This document shows, in pieces, positions 20,644-29,226 of a stretch of DNA of 64,000 nt; within the stretch, counting starts at the first letter, position 1, and every line of letters begins with the position of its first letter. Position numbers and translations under genes: made by a program. The DNA is from Rhodothermales bacterium (GTDB taxonomy: Bacteria > Bacteroidota > Rhodothermia > Rhodothermales > Bin80), in NCBI GenBank assembly GCA_965208025.1, contig OZ242302.1, positions 1,936,727-2,000,726 of the forward strand. Reading direction: 5' to 3'. A model generated the notes under the pieces. It was not told where the DNA came from. It searched no databases and worked only from the letters and a program-made list of their open reading frames with translations.

Positions 20644-20781
20644 TCATCTCACTCCTCATTCCAGAAATTACCCGCTCCGCAAAGCGGCCTCCCTTTGGCA
20701 TGGTACAGTTGGATAATTACGGTTGGGTTACAATATTTGTCTCCCTGACTCAACACTTCGCGCTAAATTGTTTGTCAAGTG

Positions 20782-23217
20782 ATGGGTAGAGATTCCACCA
20801 ATTCGTCCAAATCCAGACGAATTCCAAAAATATACGCCTACTCCTACGGCGAGTATCTTGTTAAAACGTGGGAACACCGAAGCGGTGATGGAAAAGGATG
20901 GATGAAGATCGGTTACACTACCAAAGAAAACGTGATGGAGCGCATTCAGGAGCAAACCGGAGCCAGCGTTCCAATCAAAATTACTCTCTTGTTGGAAGAG
21001 ATTGCAGTTACAGATGATGGTCAGTCGTTCAGAGATACTGATATTCATCAGCAACTGATTAGCAATGGCGGACATCGAGTACACAATGAATGGTTTGAAG
21101 TCTCCTTAGATGAGCTGAAAATTGCCATTGCCGAGGTGAAACAGGGCCGAAAAGTAACCGCGCCCGAAAATTTTAGAATGCGCCCAGAACAGATCGCCGC
21201 CGTGAAGACTACAGCGGACTACTTCCGGCGACAGAATGATGAGAAGGCAAGGCATTTTCTGTGGAATGCGAAAATGCGATTTGGAAAAACATTTGCATCC
21301 TATCAATTAGCCCTGGAAATGGGTTGGACAAAAATCCTGATTCTTACCTATCTCCCTGCGGTTGAAGACTCATGGAAGAGTGATCTGGAACGGCATCAGG
21401 ATTTTGAAAGTTGGCAATTCATCGGAAAAGGAGAACGATTTGATACCATTGATGAACAGCGGCCATATGTCTGGTTTGTTTCCTTTCAGGATCTTAAGCA
21501 GCGGGATGAAGGAGGGGAAGTGAAAGACCGCCTCGAGTTGGTATTCGTGGAAGAGTGGGATTGTATCATCATTGATGAATATCATTTTGGTGCATGGCGA
21601 AGTAGTGCAAAAGACCTCTATGCTTCCGATGATTCGGACGAAGAAGCAGAACTAGTTGATGATTACGATTCGGAAACATCTCCAAGTGAGGAATTACCCA
21701 TTACAACTGCCCATAGACTCTATCTTTCAGGTACCCCATTTCGAGCCATAGCAGAAGGAGAATTTAGTGAGGATCAGATCTTCAATTGGACCTATGCTGA
21801 TGAGCAAGGCGCCAAGCGCAATTGGACAGAAAAAGATGGGAGTGTAAATCCGTACCTACCCCTGCCTCAGCTGAAGATGTACACCTATGAGATCAGCGAT
21901 GCCACTCGCTCATTTGCGGAAACCCAATTCGACGACGAATTCGGACTCAATCAATTCTTTCATGCCGAGAGTCAGAATCGAATCCCCCGCTTCCAGAATG
22001 AGAATGAAGTGCAGAAATGGTTAGATTGGTTGCACTCATCAGTAACGGTCAAGGATCAGAACCGGAATCTCGGACCATTTGCTGATCCTCAACTTCGGAG
22101 CTCTTTATGTCACACCGTATGGCATCTGCCCGATGTCAAGGCATGTAGAGCAATGGATCATCTCCTTAATGACCCGCGAAACCCCTTCTTTAACGACTTT
22201 CAGGTCATTTGTGCAGCGGGAGCACAAGCCGGGATTGGTGTCAATGCATTGCCGCCCGTTCGTCGTGCGATCGGTGATGGTTCAAAGACCAAAACGATTA
22301 CCCTTACCTGTGGTAAGCTGCTGACCGGCGTCACGGTGCCCCAATGGGGAGCAATCCTTATGCTCCGAGATACAAAATCAGCCGAAACATATTTTCAGGC
22401 AGCATTCCGAGTTCAGTCTCCTTGGACACTCCAGAATAGTCAAGATCCCAATCAATCCGAAATTATTAAGCCCGTCGCATATATTTTTGATTTTGCGCAA
22501 CATCGCGCTCTGGAGATGGTGTATGGATTCTGTGCACAGCAGGCGAATGCAAAAGGGGAGCGGGATACAAAATCCGAAGTCCGAGAATTTCTCAATTTCC
22601 TTCCCATACTTGCGTATAGTGATGGGCAACTTATTGAACTAGACGAATCAAATTTGATGGATATTGCAACATCTGGTGTTGGATCGGCAATGTTAGCCCG
22701 ACGCTGGCAGTCACCAAGGATGATCAACCTCAGTCGGGACGCATTACAGGCAATCCTCAATAATGAGGAACTCCTTCAATCACTGGAAAACATGGAGGCC
22801 TTTCGCTCATTGCGAAAAATTACTGCGGAAATCCTCACCGCAGAACAATCAATTAAACAAGCCAAATCGCAAGGAAAACCCCATAAATCTGCCCGTAACA
22901 AAATTAATAAACGCCGTAAAGAAATTCAGGATGCGCTCTTACAGTTTTTGACCCGAGTCCCAATCTTTATGTATCTGACCGATTACCGTGAGGAAAGCCT
23001 AGTAGATGTGATTCGTAATGTTGAACCTGCTCTCTTCACAAAGGTCACAGGTCTGAAAATTAAAGACTTTGACACACTTTGCCAACTGGGCGTATTCAAT
23101 ACACAGATATTGAATCAGTCCATTTATGCCTTCAAGCGACAAGAAGCACAGAGCTTCTTAGGGGAAAAGTCCGCCGAACTCTTGTCCGAAGATGATCATG
23201 AAAGTGCGTCAGTCTAA
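20782..23217 (+). CDS. T5orf172 (GIY-YIG-like) nuclease domain fused to an SF2 (ResIII/DExH) helicase
   Basis: The N-terminus reads IYAYSYGE...WMKIGYTTKENVMERI...HNEWFEVSLDEL, a T5orf172/MUG113-like pattern. Helicase motif I is AKMRFGKT (GKT at nt 21283-21291), motif II is IIIDEYH (nt 21574-21585), motif III is LSGTPF and motif VI-like is QAAFRVQSP. The ORF track starts at GTG 20779; ATG 20782 is preferred. Confidence 0.7.
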   Translation: MGRDSTNSSKSRRIPKIYAYSYGEYLVKTWEHRSGDGKGWMKIGYTTKENVMERIQEQTGASVPIKITLLLEEIAVTDDGQSFRDTDIHQQLISNGGHRVHNEWFEVSLDELKIAIAEVKQGRKVTAPENFRMRPEQIAAVKTTADYFRRQNDEKARHFLWNAKMRFGKTFASYQLALEMGWTKILILTYLPAVEDSWKSDLERHQDFESWQFIGKGERFDTIDEQRPYVWFVSFQDLKQRDEGGEVKDRLELVFVEEWDCIIIDEYHFGAWRSSAKDLYASDDSDEEAELVDDYDSETSPSEELPITTAHRLYLSGTPFRAIAEGEFSEDQIFNWTYADEQGAKRNWTEKDGSVNPYLPLPQLKMYTYEISDATRSFAETQFDDEFGLNQFFHAESQNRIPRFQNENEVQKWLDWLHSSVTVKDQNRNLGPFADPQLRSSLCHTVWHLPDVKACRAMDHLLNDPRNPFFNDFQVICAAGAQAGIGVNALPPVRRAIGDGSKTKTITLTCGKLLTGVTVPQWGAILMLRDTKSAETYFQAAFRVQSPWTLQNSQDPNQSEIIKPVAYIFDFAQHRALEMVYGFCAQQANAKGERDTKSEVREFLNFLPILAYSDGQLIELDESNLMDIATSGVGSAMLARRWQSPRMINLSRDALQAILNNEELLQSLENMEAFRSLRKITAEILTAEQSIKQAKSQGKPHKSARNKINKRRKEIQDALLQFLTRVPIFMYLTDYREESLVDVIRNVEPALFTKVTGLKIKDFDTLCQLGVFNTQILNQSIYAFKRQEAQSFLGEKSAELLSEDDHESASV

Positions 23218-23326
23218 CTACATGTTCGGGTTCGATGATTTAATCACTGACTACGGAAATCATGATTCAACCGATTCCGATCCATCTGTGCTTGCACTGA
23301 TTGGTGAAGGTTGCCGCACATAAATA

Positions 23327-26300
23327 ATGTCCGAATTCTGCCACTTACACTGCCATACCTCCTACTCCCTGTTAGACGGAGCTGCCCGAATTGACTCACT
23401 CGTGAAACAGGCGAAAAAACTTGGAATGACCTCGCTCGGAATTTCCGACCATGCCAATCTGTATGGTGTCCCTGAGTTTTATACGATTGCTAAAAGAAAT
23501 GATATTCAGCCCATCATTGGCTGTGAATTCTACCTTTGTGCAAGTCCAATGAACGAGCGTCAGGATCGAGTGCGGTATCACCAGATCTTATGGGCAAAGA
23601 ATGAAGTGGGGTATCGAAATCTGATAAAACTGTCTTCTCTTTCGTTCCTGGATGGATTTTACTTCAAACCCCGAATAGATTTTGATCTGCTCTCCCAACA
23701 TCATGAGGGACTGGTAGCATCCACCTGCTGTCTCCAAGGCCAAATTCCTCAGGCAATCCTTGCGGGGAATCTGGATGAGGCGCGCCGACTTCTGAAGAAA
23801 TATGTGGATCTATTTGGTCCAGAAGATTACTACATAGAAATTCAGGACCACGGGATTGACAAACAGCATGTAGTGAATGAAACACTTATTGAGTGGGCGA
23901 GTGAGTTCAATCTGCAAGTTGTGGCAACCAATGATGTCCACTATGTGAAGAAAGAGGATGCGTTTGCCCAAGACATCCTTCTTTGCCTCCAGACCGGGAA
24001 GGATTTAAATGATCCCCAGCGACTACGCTTTGACAAGAAAGAATTCTACCTGAAGTCTGCAGAGGAAATGCGTGCCACTCTGGGGACTGGGATAGAAGCC
24101 TCCACCTGGATGGAAAACAGCCAGGCGATTGCGGATAAGTGCCAATTTGAGTTGCCGCTGGGTAAACTTCTGATGCCCCATTTCCAAATTCCTGATGAGT
24201 TTGGGGACGATGCTGACCATTACCTAAAGCATCTGGTATTTGAACGTGGGAAAAAACGATATCCAGATTTTTCTGACTCGGTCCAGTCTCGCCTGCTCTA
24301 CGAACTTGGAATTATTCAGGAAATGAAGTACGCAGGGTATTTTCTAATCGTACAAGATTTCACTACCGCCGCCCGCGAAATGGGCGTGTCCGTCGGTCCT
24401 GGACGTGGATCTGCAGCTGGAAGTGCGGTGGCCTATTGCCTCGGAATTACCAATGTTGACCCCCTCAAATATGACTTGTTGTTTGAGCGCTTCCTGAATC
24501 CCGAGCGTACCTCCATGCCCGATATTGATATTGACTTTGATGATCATGGAAGGGCAAAAGTGATTGATTATGTGGTCGAAAAATATGGGCGAAAAAATGT
24601 GAGTCAAATCATCACCTTCGGGACCATGGGGGCACGTACCGTGGTTCGGGATGTAGCTCGAGTGCTCAAGATTCCATTGCAGGAAGCAGATAAAATCGCG
24701 AAGTCTATTCCCAATGGCAAAATCAGTCTAGATGAAGCACTGACCACCGTAGATGAATTGAAAGAACTAGTCAAATCCAATCGAAAGGAGATCAACAGCT
24801 TGCTCGAGGCCTCCAAAGTTCTGGAAGGGTGTGCCCGGCATACTGGCGTACATGCCGCTGGAGTCATCATTGCACCCAGCATCGTGAGTGATTATGTTCC
24901 CGTCGCAACCACCAAAAACAAAGATGAGCAGGTACTTACAACCCAATACTCCGGAGATTGGGTGGAAGATTTTGGGCTGCTCAAGATGGATTTCCTTGGG
25001 CTTTCAACATTGACGATCATTGAGGACACCTGTAAACTCGTCAATGAACGATCAGGCAGTTCGCCAGATATGGATTCGCTCCCTCTGGACGATGAACCCA
25101 CACTTAAACTCTTTCAGCGAGGGGATACCAATGCAATTTTCCAATTTGAATCTGACGGAATGCGAAAATGGCTCATCCAGTTGAAACCTACCTCTCTGGA
25201 TGATTTAATCGCCATGAATGCCCTCTACCGGCCTGGGCCGATGGATCTGATCCCCAACTATATTGAGCGTAAGCACGGCAGGGAACCCATTGAATATCCC
25301 CATGAATCTCTTGAACCGGTCCTGAAATCTACCTACGGAATCCCCGTTTTTCAGGAACAAGTCATGCAAATGGCGCAGGTGATGGGAGGGTATTCCCTCG
25401 GTGCAGCAGATATTTTGCGTCGAGCAATGGGCAAAAAGAAAAAATCTGAAATGGAAGCCCAACGTAGCCGATTTGTGGAAGGGGCAATTGCGAATGGGGT
25501 CTCCCAAGTCACCGCCAATGAAGTCTTTGATATGATGGATAAGTTTGCGGGATATGGGTTCAATAAATGTATTGACGAATCAACTCTGATCACCAATGCG
25601 CTCACGGAAGATCAAATCTCCGTTCGCCAGCTTCATGAAAAGGGATGGGAAGGATTCCGTGTCTATGCACTTACATCAGAATCCGATCTGGTTCCCAGAA
25701 AGATAGAAGCGGTCTACTATAACGGATTTAAGGAGGTATATGAATTGGTCACCTCCAGTGGACATCGCATCCGTACCACCTCTACCCATCGTTTCCACTC
25801 ACAGGAGGGCTGGCGGTGTCTGGGAGATCTTCGCGAAGGGATGAAGGTTGCAACCATTCAAACTGGAATGGTTGCTGAACCTGAGAATCCCATGAATGGG
25901 GGAACCTGTCTACTGGAAACCAACCTAAAAATAACATGGGATCGAATTGTGGAAGTCGTCCCCGTCGGGCATGCCCATACCTATGACCTAACGGTAGAGA
26001 AGGATCATAATTACCTTGCCAATGGGTTCGTGGTTCATAATAGCCACAGTGTTGCCTACTCTCTGATCGCCTATCAGACTGCCTATCTCAAAACTCATCA
26101 TACGGCCGAGTTCATGGCAGCCGTCATGACGAACGTCTCTGGAGATTCCAAGAAATTTAATGCGATGTTGGACGAAGCTCAGCGTTTGGGGCTTCGTCCC
26201 CAACCACCATCGGTGACGCACAGTAAAGAGAATTTCTCTGTTGACGAAGGTGGGACGATTCACTTCGGACTTTCTTCTGTCAAGGGCGTAGCAAAGAATG

Positions 26301-27265
26301 CAGTTGATCATATCGTTGCAAGTAGAGATAAGGAGGGACCTGCAAGTAGCCTCTTTGAATTTGTAAAGCGGCTGGATCCACTGATCCTGAATAAGAAATC
26401 TCTGGACTCCTTGGCGCGTGTTGGAGCATTAGACCAATTTGGAGATCACCGAGCCCAGATCGTTGAGGCTCTGGATCTGGCGGTTCATTACGCTGAATAC
26501 GTTAAGAAGGAAGAAGATTATGGTCAAGGATTCCTGTTTGCCGAGGACGATTCGCTCACTTCAAGGCCAGAACCCGAACTTCCAACCTGCGCAGAGTGGT
26601 CACATACTGAAATTCTTGCCCAAGAACGGGAGCTGGCCGGATTTTATATCTCTGGACATCCATTGGACGGTTGGGAAATTGAACAGCGATCCTGTTCGGA
26701 TGTAAATCTTGGAGAGATCATTACGCTTGCATCCAAGAGTGATGAAAAACGCTATCGTACGGCCTGCGGCGTCATCACACTGGTCAAACTCAGAAAAACG
26801 CGCAAAGGAGAACCAATGGCATCGGTGACTCTTGAAGATCGCACGGGCCAAGCCGAAGTGATCTGTTTCCCGTCTGTCCATTCTGAGGTAAGAGAATATC
26901 TTCAAGAAAATGCCCTAGTGGCTGCTTCAGGGGAGATTGAAGATGCCAGCGGCTCAGCAAAAATTCTCGCCCGACGCCTATTTCCTCTGAGCTTCATACG
27001 AAGTAAATTTCTGGATAATATTGTTATCACTTTGGATTTTGCTGTAGTAACTGAGACAAACCTCGCTCAATTCATTGACCTATGCAACGACAATCCTGGA
27101 GAAAAGAAAATTTTCTTTAAGTTCATGGACCAAGATCAAGAACTAAAATTGTTGAGCGAGAAAATCAGCGTAACGGCAAATGATGAGTTGAGCACCTCTT
27201 TGGCATCTACATTTGGAATCGAAAATATTCGCCTTGAATGGAATGAGAAAAAAACCAAAGGATAA
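23327..27265 (+). CDS. dnaE: DNA polymerase III alpha subunit, intein-containing
   Basis: The PHP domain reads FCHLHCHTSYSLLDGA, with polymerase core motifs and a C-terminal OB region. At 1312 aa it is about 150 aa longer than typical because of an insertion in GYGFNK|SHSVAYS. Confidence 0.97.
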   Translation: MSEFCHLHCHTSYSLLDGAARIDSLVKQAKKLGMTSLGISDHANLYGVPEFYTIAKRNDIQPIIGCEFYLCASPMNERQDRVRYHQILWAKNEVGYRNLIKLSSLSFLDGFYFKPRIDFDLLSQHHEGLVASTCCLQGQIPQAILAGNLDEARRLLKKYVDLFGPEDYYIEIQDHGIDKQHVVNETLIEWASEFNLQVVATNDVHYVKKEDAFAQDILLCLQTGKDLNDPQRLRFDKKEFYLKSAEEMRATLGTGIEASTWMENSQAIADKCQFELPLGKLLMPHFQIPDEFGDDADHYLKHLVFERGKKRYPDFSDSVQSRLLYELGIIQEMKYAGYFLIVQDFTTAAREMGVSVGPGRGSAAGSAVAYCLGITNVDPLKYDLLFERFLNPERTSMPDIDIDFDDHGRAKVIDYVVEKYGRKNVSQIITFGTMGARTVVRDVARVLKIPLQEADKIAKSIPNGKISLDEALTTVDELKELVKSNRKEINSLLEASKVLEGCARHTGVHAAGVIIAPSIVSDYVPVATTKNKDEQVLTTQYSGDWVEDFGLLKMDFLGLSTLTIIEDTCKLVNERSGSSPDMDSLPLDDEPTLKLFQRGDTNAIFQFESDGMRKWLIQLKPTSLDDLIAMNALYRPGPMDLIPNYIERKHGREPIEYPHESLEPVLKSTYGIPVFQEQVMQMAQVMGGYSLGAADILRRAMGKKKKSEMEAQRSRFVEGAIANGVSQVTANEVFDMMDKFAGYGFNKCIDESTLITNALTEDQISVRQLHEKGWEGFRVYALTSESDLVPRKIEAVYYNGFKEVYELVTSSGHRIRTTSTHRFHSQEGWRCLGDLREGMKVATIQTGMVAEPENPMNGGTCLLETNLKITWDRIVEVVPVGHAHTYDLTVEKDHNYLANGFVVHNSHSVAYSLIAYQTAYLKTHHTAEFMAAVMTNVSGDSKKFNAMLDEAQRLGLRPQPPSVTHSKENFSVDEGGTIHFGLSSVKGVAKNAVDHIVASRDKEGPASSLFEFVKRLDPLILNKKSLDSLARVGALDQFGDHRAQIVEALDLAVHYAEYVKKEEDYGQGFLFAEDDSLTSRPEPELPTCAEWSHTEILAQERELAGFYISGHPLDGWEIEQRSCSDVNLGEIITLASKSDEKRYRTACGVITLVKLRKTRKGEPMASVTLEDRTGQAEVICFPSVHSEVREYLQENALVAASGEIEDASGSAKILARRLFPLSFIRSKFLDNIVITLDFAVVTETNLAQFIDLCNDNPGEKKIFFKFMDQDQELKLLSEKISVTANDELSTSLASTFGIENIRLEWNEKKTKG
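25568..26041 (+). other. mini-intein (158 aa, no homing-endonuclease domain) within dnaE
   Basis: It begins with Cys (CIDESTLI, block A). Block B TxxH is in IRTTSTHRF. Blocks F/G read TYDLTVEKDHNYLANGFVVHN, followed by the +1 Ser. It splits the conserved extein motif GYGFNK/SHS. It is 474 nt long and in frame. Confidence 0.88.
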
Positions 27266-27677
27266 ATTGAGTGTGCTCTTTGTGTGTACCCATAACTCTT
27301 CTCGCTCCCAAATGGCCGAGGGATTGCTCAGACATCGGTATGGAGATTACTACGAAATATATAGCGCTGGAACTGAACCTGGAGGTGTGAGCCCCCTTGC
27401 AATTCAAGTCATGCATGAAATCGGGATCAATATTGAGCATCATACATCAAAAGATCTAAAGCAATTCCTGTCCATGAATCTGGATACGGTGGTCACGGTT
27501 TGTGATTCGGCCAGAGAGCATTGTCCCTTCGTGCCGGCAAGAAGCAATCTTCACCAACGCTTTGAAGATCCCCGAGCAGTCAACGGCTCTGGTGAAGAGA
27601 AGATGAAAACATTCCGACGAGTCCGAGATCAGATACGCCTTTGGATTGAAGAATATTTTATGCCGCCCTTATCATGA
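27243..27677 (+). CDS. arsC: arsenate reductase / low-molecular-weight phosphatase family (thioredoxin-coupled ArsC type)
   Basis: CX5R P-loop in LFVCTHNSSRSQMAEG, with downstream Cys residues (VCDSAREHCPF). ATG 27243 is preferred over the TTG at 27213 in the ORF track. It overlaps the dnaE 3' end by 23 nt. Confidence 0.8.
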   Translation: MRKKPKDKLSVLFVCTHNSSRSQMAEGLLRHRYGDYYEIYSAGTEPGGVSPLAIQVMHEIGINIEHHTSKDLKQFLSMNLDTVVTVCDSAREHCPFVPARSNLHQRFEDPRAVNGSGEEKMKTFRRVRDQIRLWIEEYFMPPLS

Positions 27678-28000
27678 TGCTCCGCCTCACCGATGATGGT
27701 GCTCGTCCAGAATTGGATTTACATGGGTGCACCGTGAACGAAGCATTACGTCTTACCCGTAGACTCCTTAGTGAAGCTGCCCGGTATGGTCGTAATTCAG
27801 TTCGTCTGATTCATGGCCAGTCTACCACTGCCTCTGGAAAACGCACAATTAAATCTGCACTAACGGAATTAATTGAGAGTGAACAACTGTCTCAAAATGT
27901 GAGCAGTACACTCAAATCTGAGGGATACATGATTGTTGCCCTGCGAAGAAAAGCTGGTCCCGCGCCCTCAGGACGGCTAACCTTACGCTCCATCAGTTGA
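27674..28000 (+). CDS. Smr domain-containing protein
   Basis: 108-aa ORF with LDLHGCTVNEAL...VRLIHGQS, typical of Smr/MutS2 C-terminal domains. It has a 4-nt overlap with arsC. Confidence 0.7.
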   Translation: MMLRLTDDGARPELDLHGCTVNEALRLTRRLLSEAARYGRNSVRLIHGQSTTASGKRTIKSALTELIESEQLSQNVSSTLKSEGYMIVALRRKAGPAPSGRLTLRSIS

Positions 28001-28689
28001 TCATGAATCCTCTCATTGGCATTACGACCTCAGTTAAGGACGGCCAGCAATATCTTGATAGCGCGTATGTGAATGCCGTCAGAGAGGCTAAGGGCCTATC
28101 TTTATTGATGCCTTGCATAAATTCATCTAATGAGGCGAATCAGCTCTGCAATCAGATTCACGGCTTGATCATCCCTGGTGGTCCAGGAATCACAATCAAC
28201 ACCAGAGGCACCCTCCCCCCTCAACTTGAACCAATAAGCCAAAAGCGCTGGGAATCAGATCTGTTGATCCTGAGTGCTGCGGTCAATAAAAATCTCCCGA
28301 TCCTTGGCATTTGCTATGGGATGCAGTTACTCTGCGTCCGTGCAGGGGGATCGCTGTATTCAGATGTCGAAAACCAAGTACCCAATGCATTCGTTCACAG
28401 TGAAAAACGAGGGGCATCTTATCACCCGATTAATATCGTTCCAGACTCCCACTTCGCACGTATCTGGAACCCTCATTTGAATTCCGTCAATTCCTGCCAC
28501 TTTCAAGCCGTTCGTGATCCGGGTGCAAACTACAGGGTAAGTGCGCGAAGCCCCGATGGGACAATTGAAGCAATTGAACACATCAATGGGCTTCATCTTG
28601 GCGTGCAATTCCACCCTGAACGTATGGATGCCCAATTTATCTTTGCACACCTCGTGAAGCAGTCCATTGACTATTCTCATGCTCCGTGA
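27997..28689 (+). CDS. class I glutamine amidotransferase / gamma-glutamyl hydrolase (peptidase C26, PuuD-like)
   Basis: Nucleophile elbow LGICYGMQLL and GVQFHPE His/Glu motif; 230 aa. Confidence 0.8.
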   Translation: MIMNPLIGITTSVKDGQQYLDSAYVNAVREAKGLSLLMPCINSSNEANQLCNQIHGLIIPGGPGITINTRGTLPPQLEPISQKRWESDLLILSAAVNKNLPILGICYGMQLLCVRAGGSLYSDVENQVPNAFVHSEKRGASYHPINIVPDSHFARIWNPHLNSVNSCHFQAVRDPGANYRVSARSPDGTIEAIEHINGLHLGVQFHPERMDAQFIFAHLVKQSIDYSHAP

Positions 28690-29095
28690 AGAGATTCAGT
28701 CACTGGACGCTGGAATCCGACAGTTCCGATCGTTCGGGATTACACTTGGAAGTGCATTGTTGATTCTTGCAGGAATATTTTACTGGCGTGAGATTTCAGG
28801 AAGCGCGGTGATCGCTGGGATTGGGATTCTACTTTTTTTTGCCGGACTGATTGCTCCGAGAACCTTACGCCCACTGTATAAACCATGGATGATCTTGGCC
28901 CTGGTCCTTGGGTTCATCATGACCCGCATTCTACTTGTCGGCATCTATGTTCTCCTATTTATTCCTATTGGTCTTCTCATGCGCCTGTTCGGTAAGGACC
29001 CGCTTCAGCGCAAACTTGATCCTAATGCAAAGACCTATTGGATCCCCAAACGGTATGATGCCAAAGATCCCAAACGCTTTGAGCGTTACTACTGA
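28679..29095 (+). CDS. small membrane protein, SxtJ-like
   Basis: Two or three TM helices. The C-terminal pattern LFIPIGLLMRLFGKDPLQRKLDPNAKTYWIPK resembles the SxtJ-family signature. The ATG at 28679 is preferred to the TTG at 28667. Confidence 0.5.
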   Translation: MLREEIQSLDAGIRQFRSFGITLGSALLILAGIFYWREISGSAVIAGIGILLFFAGLIAPRTLRPLYKPWMILALVLGFIMTRILLVGIYVLLFIPIGLLMRLFGKDPLQRKLDPNAKTYWIPKRYDAKDPKRFERYY

Positions 29096-29226
29096 TCCTC
29101 ACGAACAATGTCGGTGGTTCAATTCAGCATGAGAGATTCATTTCTAATCCACTTTCAACCCCAAATGCCTTGAATTGAATCCAAGAAGTGCGAACTTGAT
29201 TGGTGTCAATGATTGTTGTAGTTTTA

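Noticed and set aside
27213-27242. The TTG start given for arsC in the ORF track, which adds MESKIFALNG.
   Set aside because: It extends 53 nt into dnaE. The ATG at 27243 gives the canonical short N-terminus before the CX5R loop.
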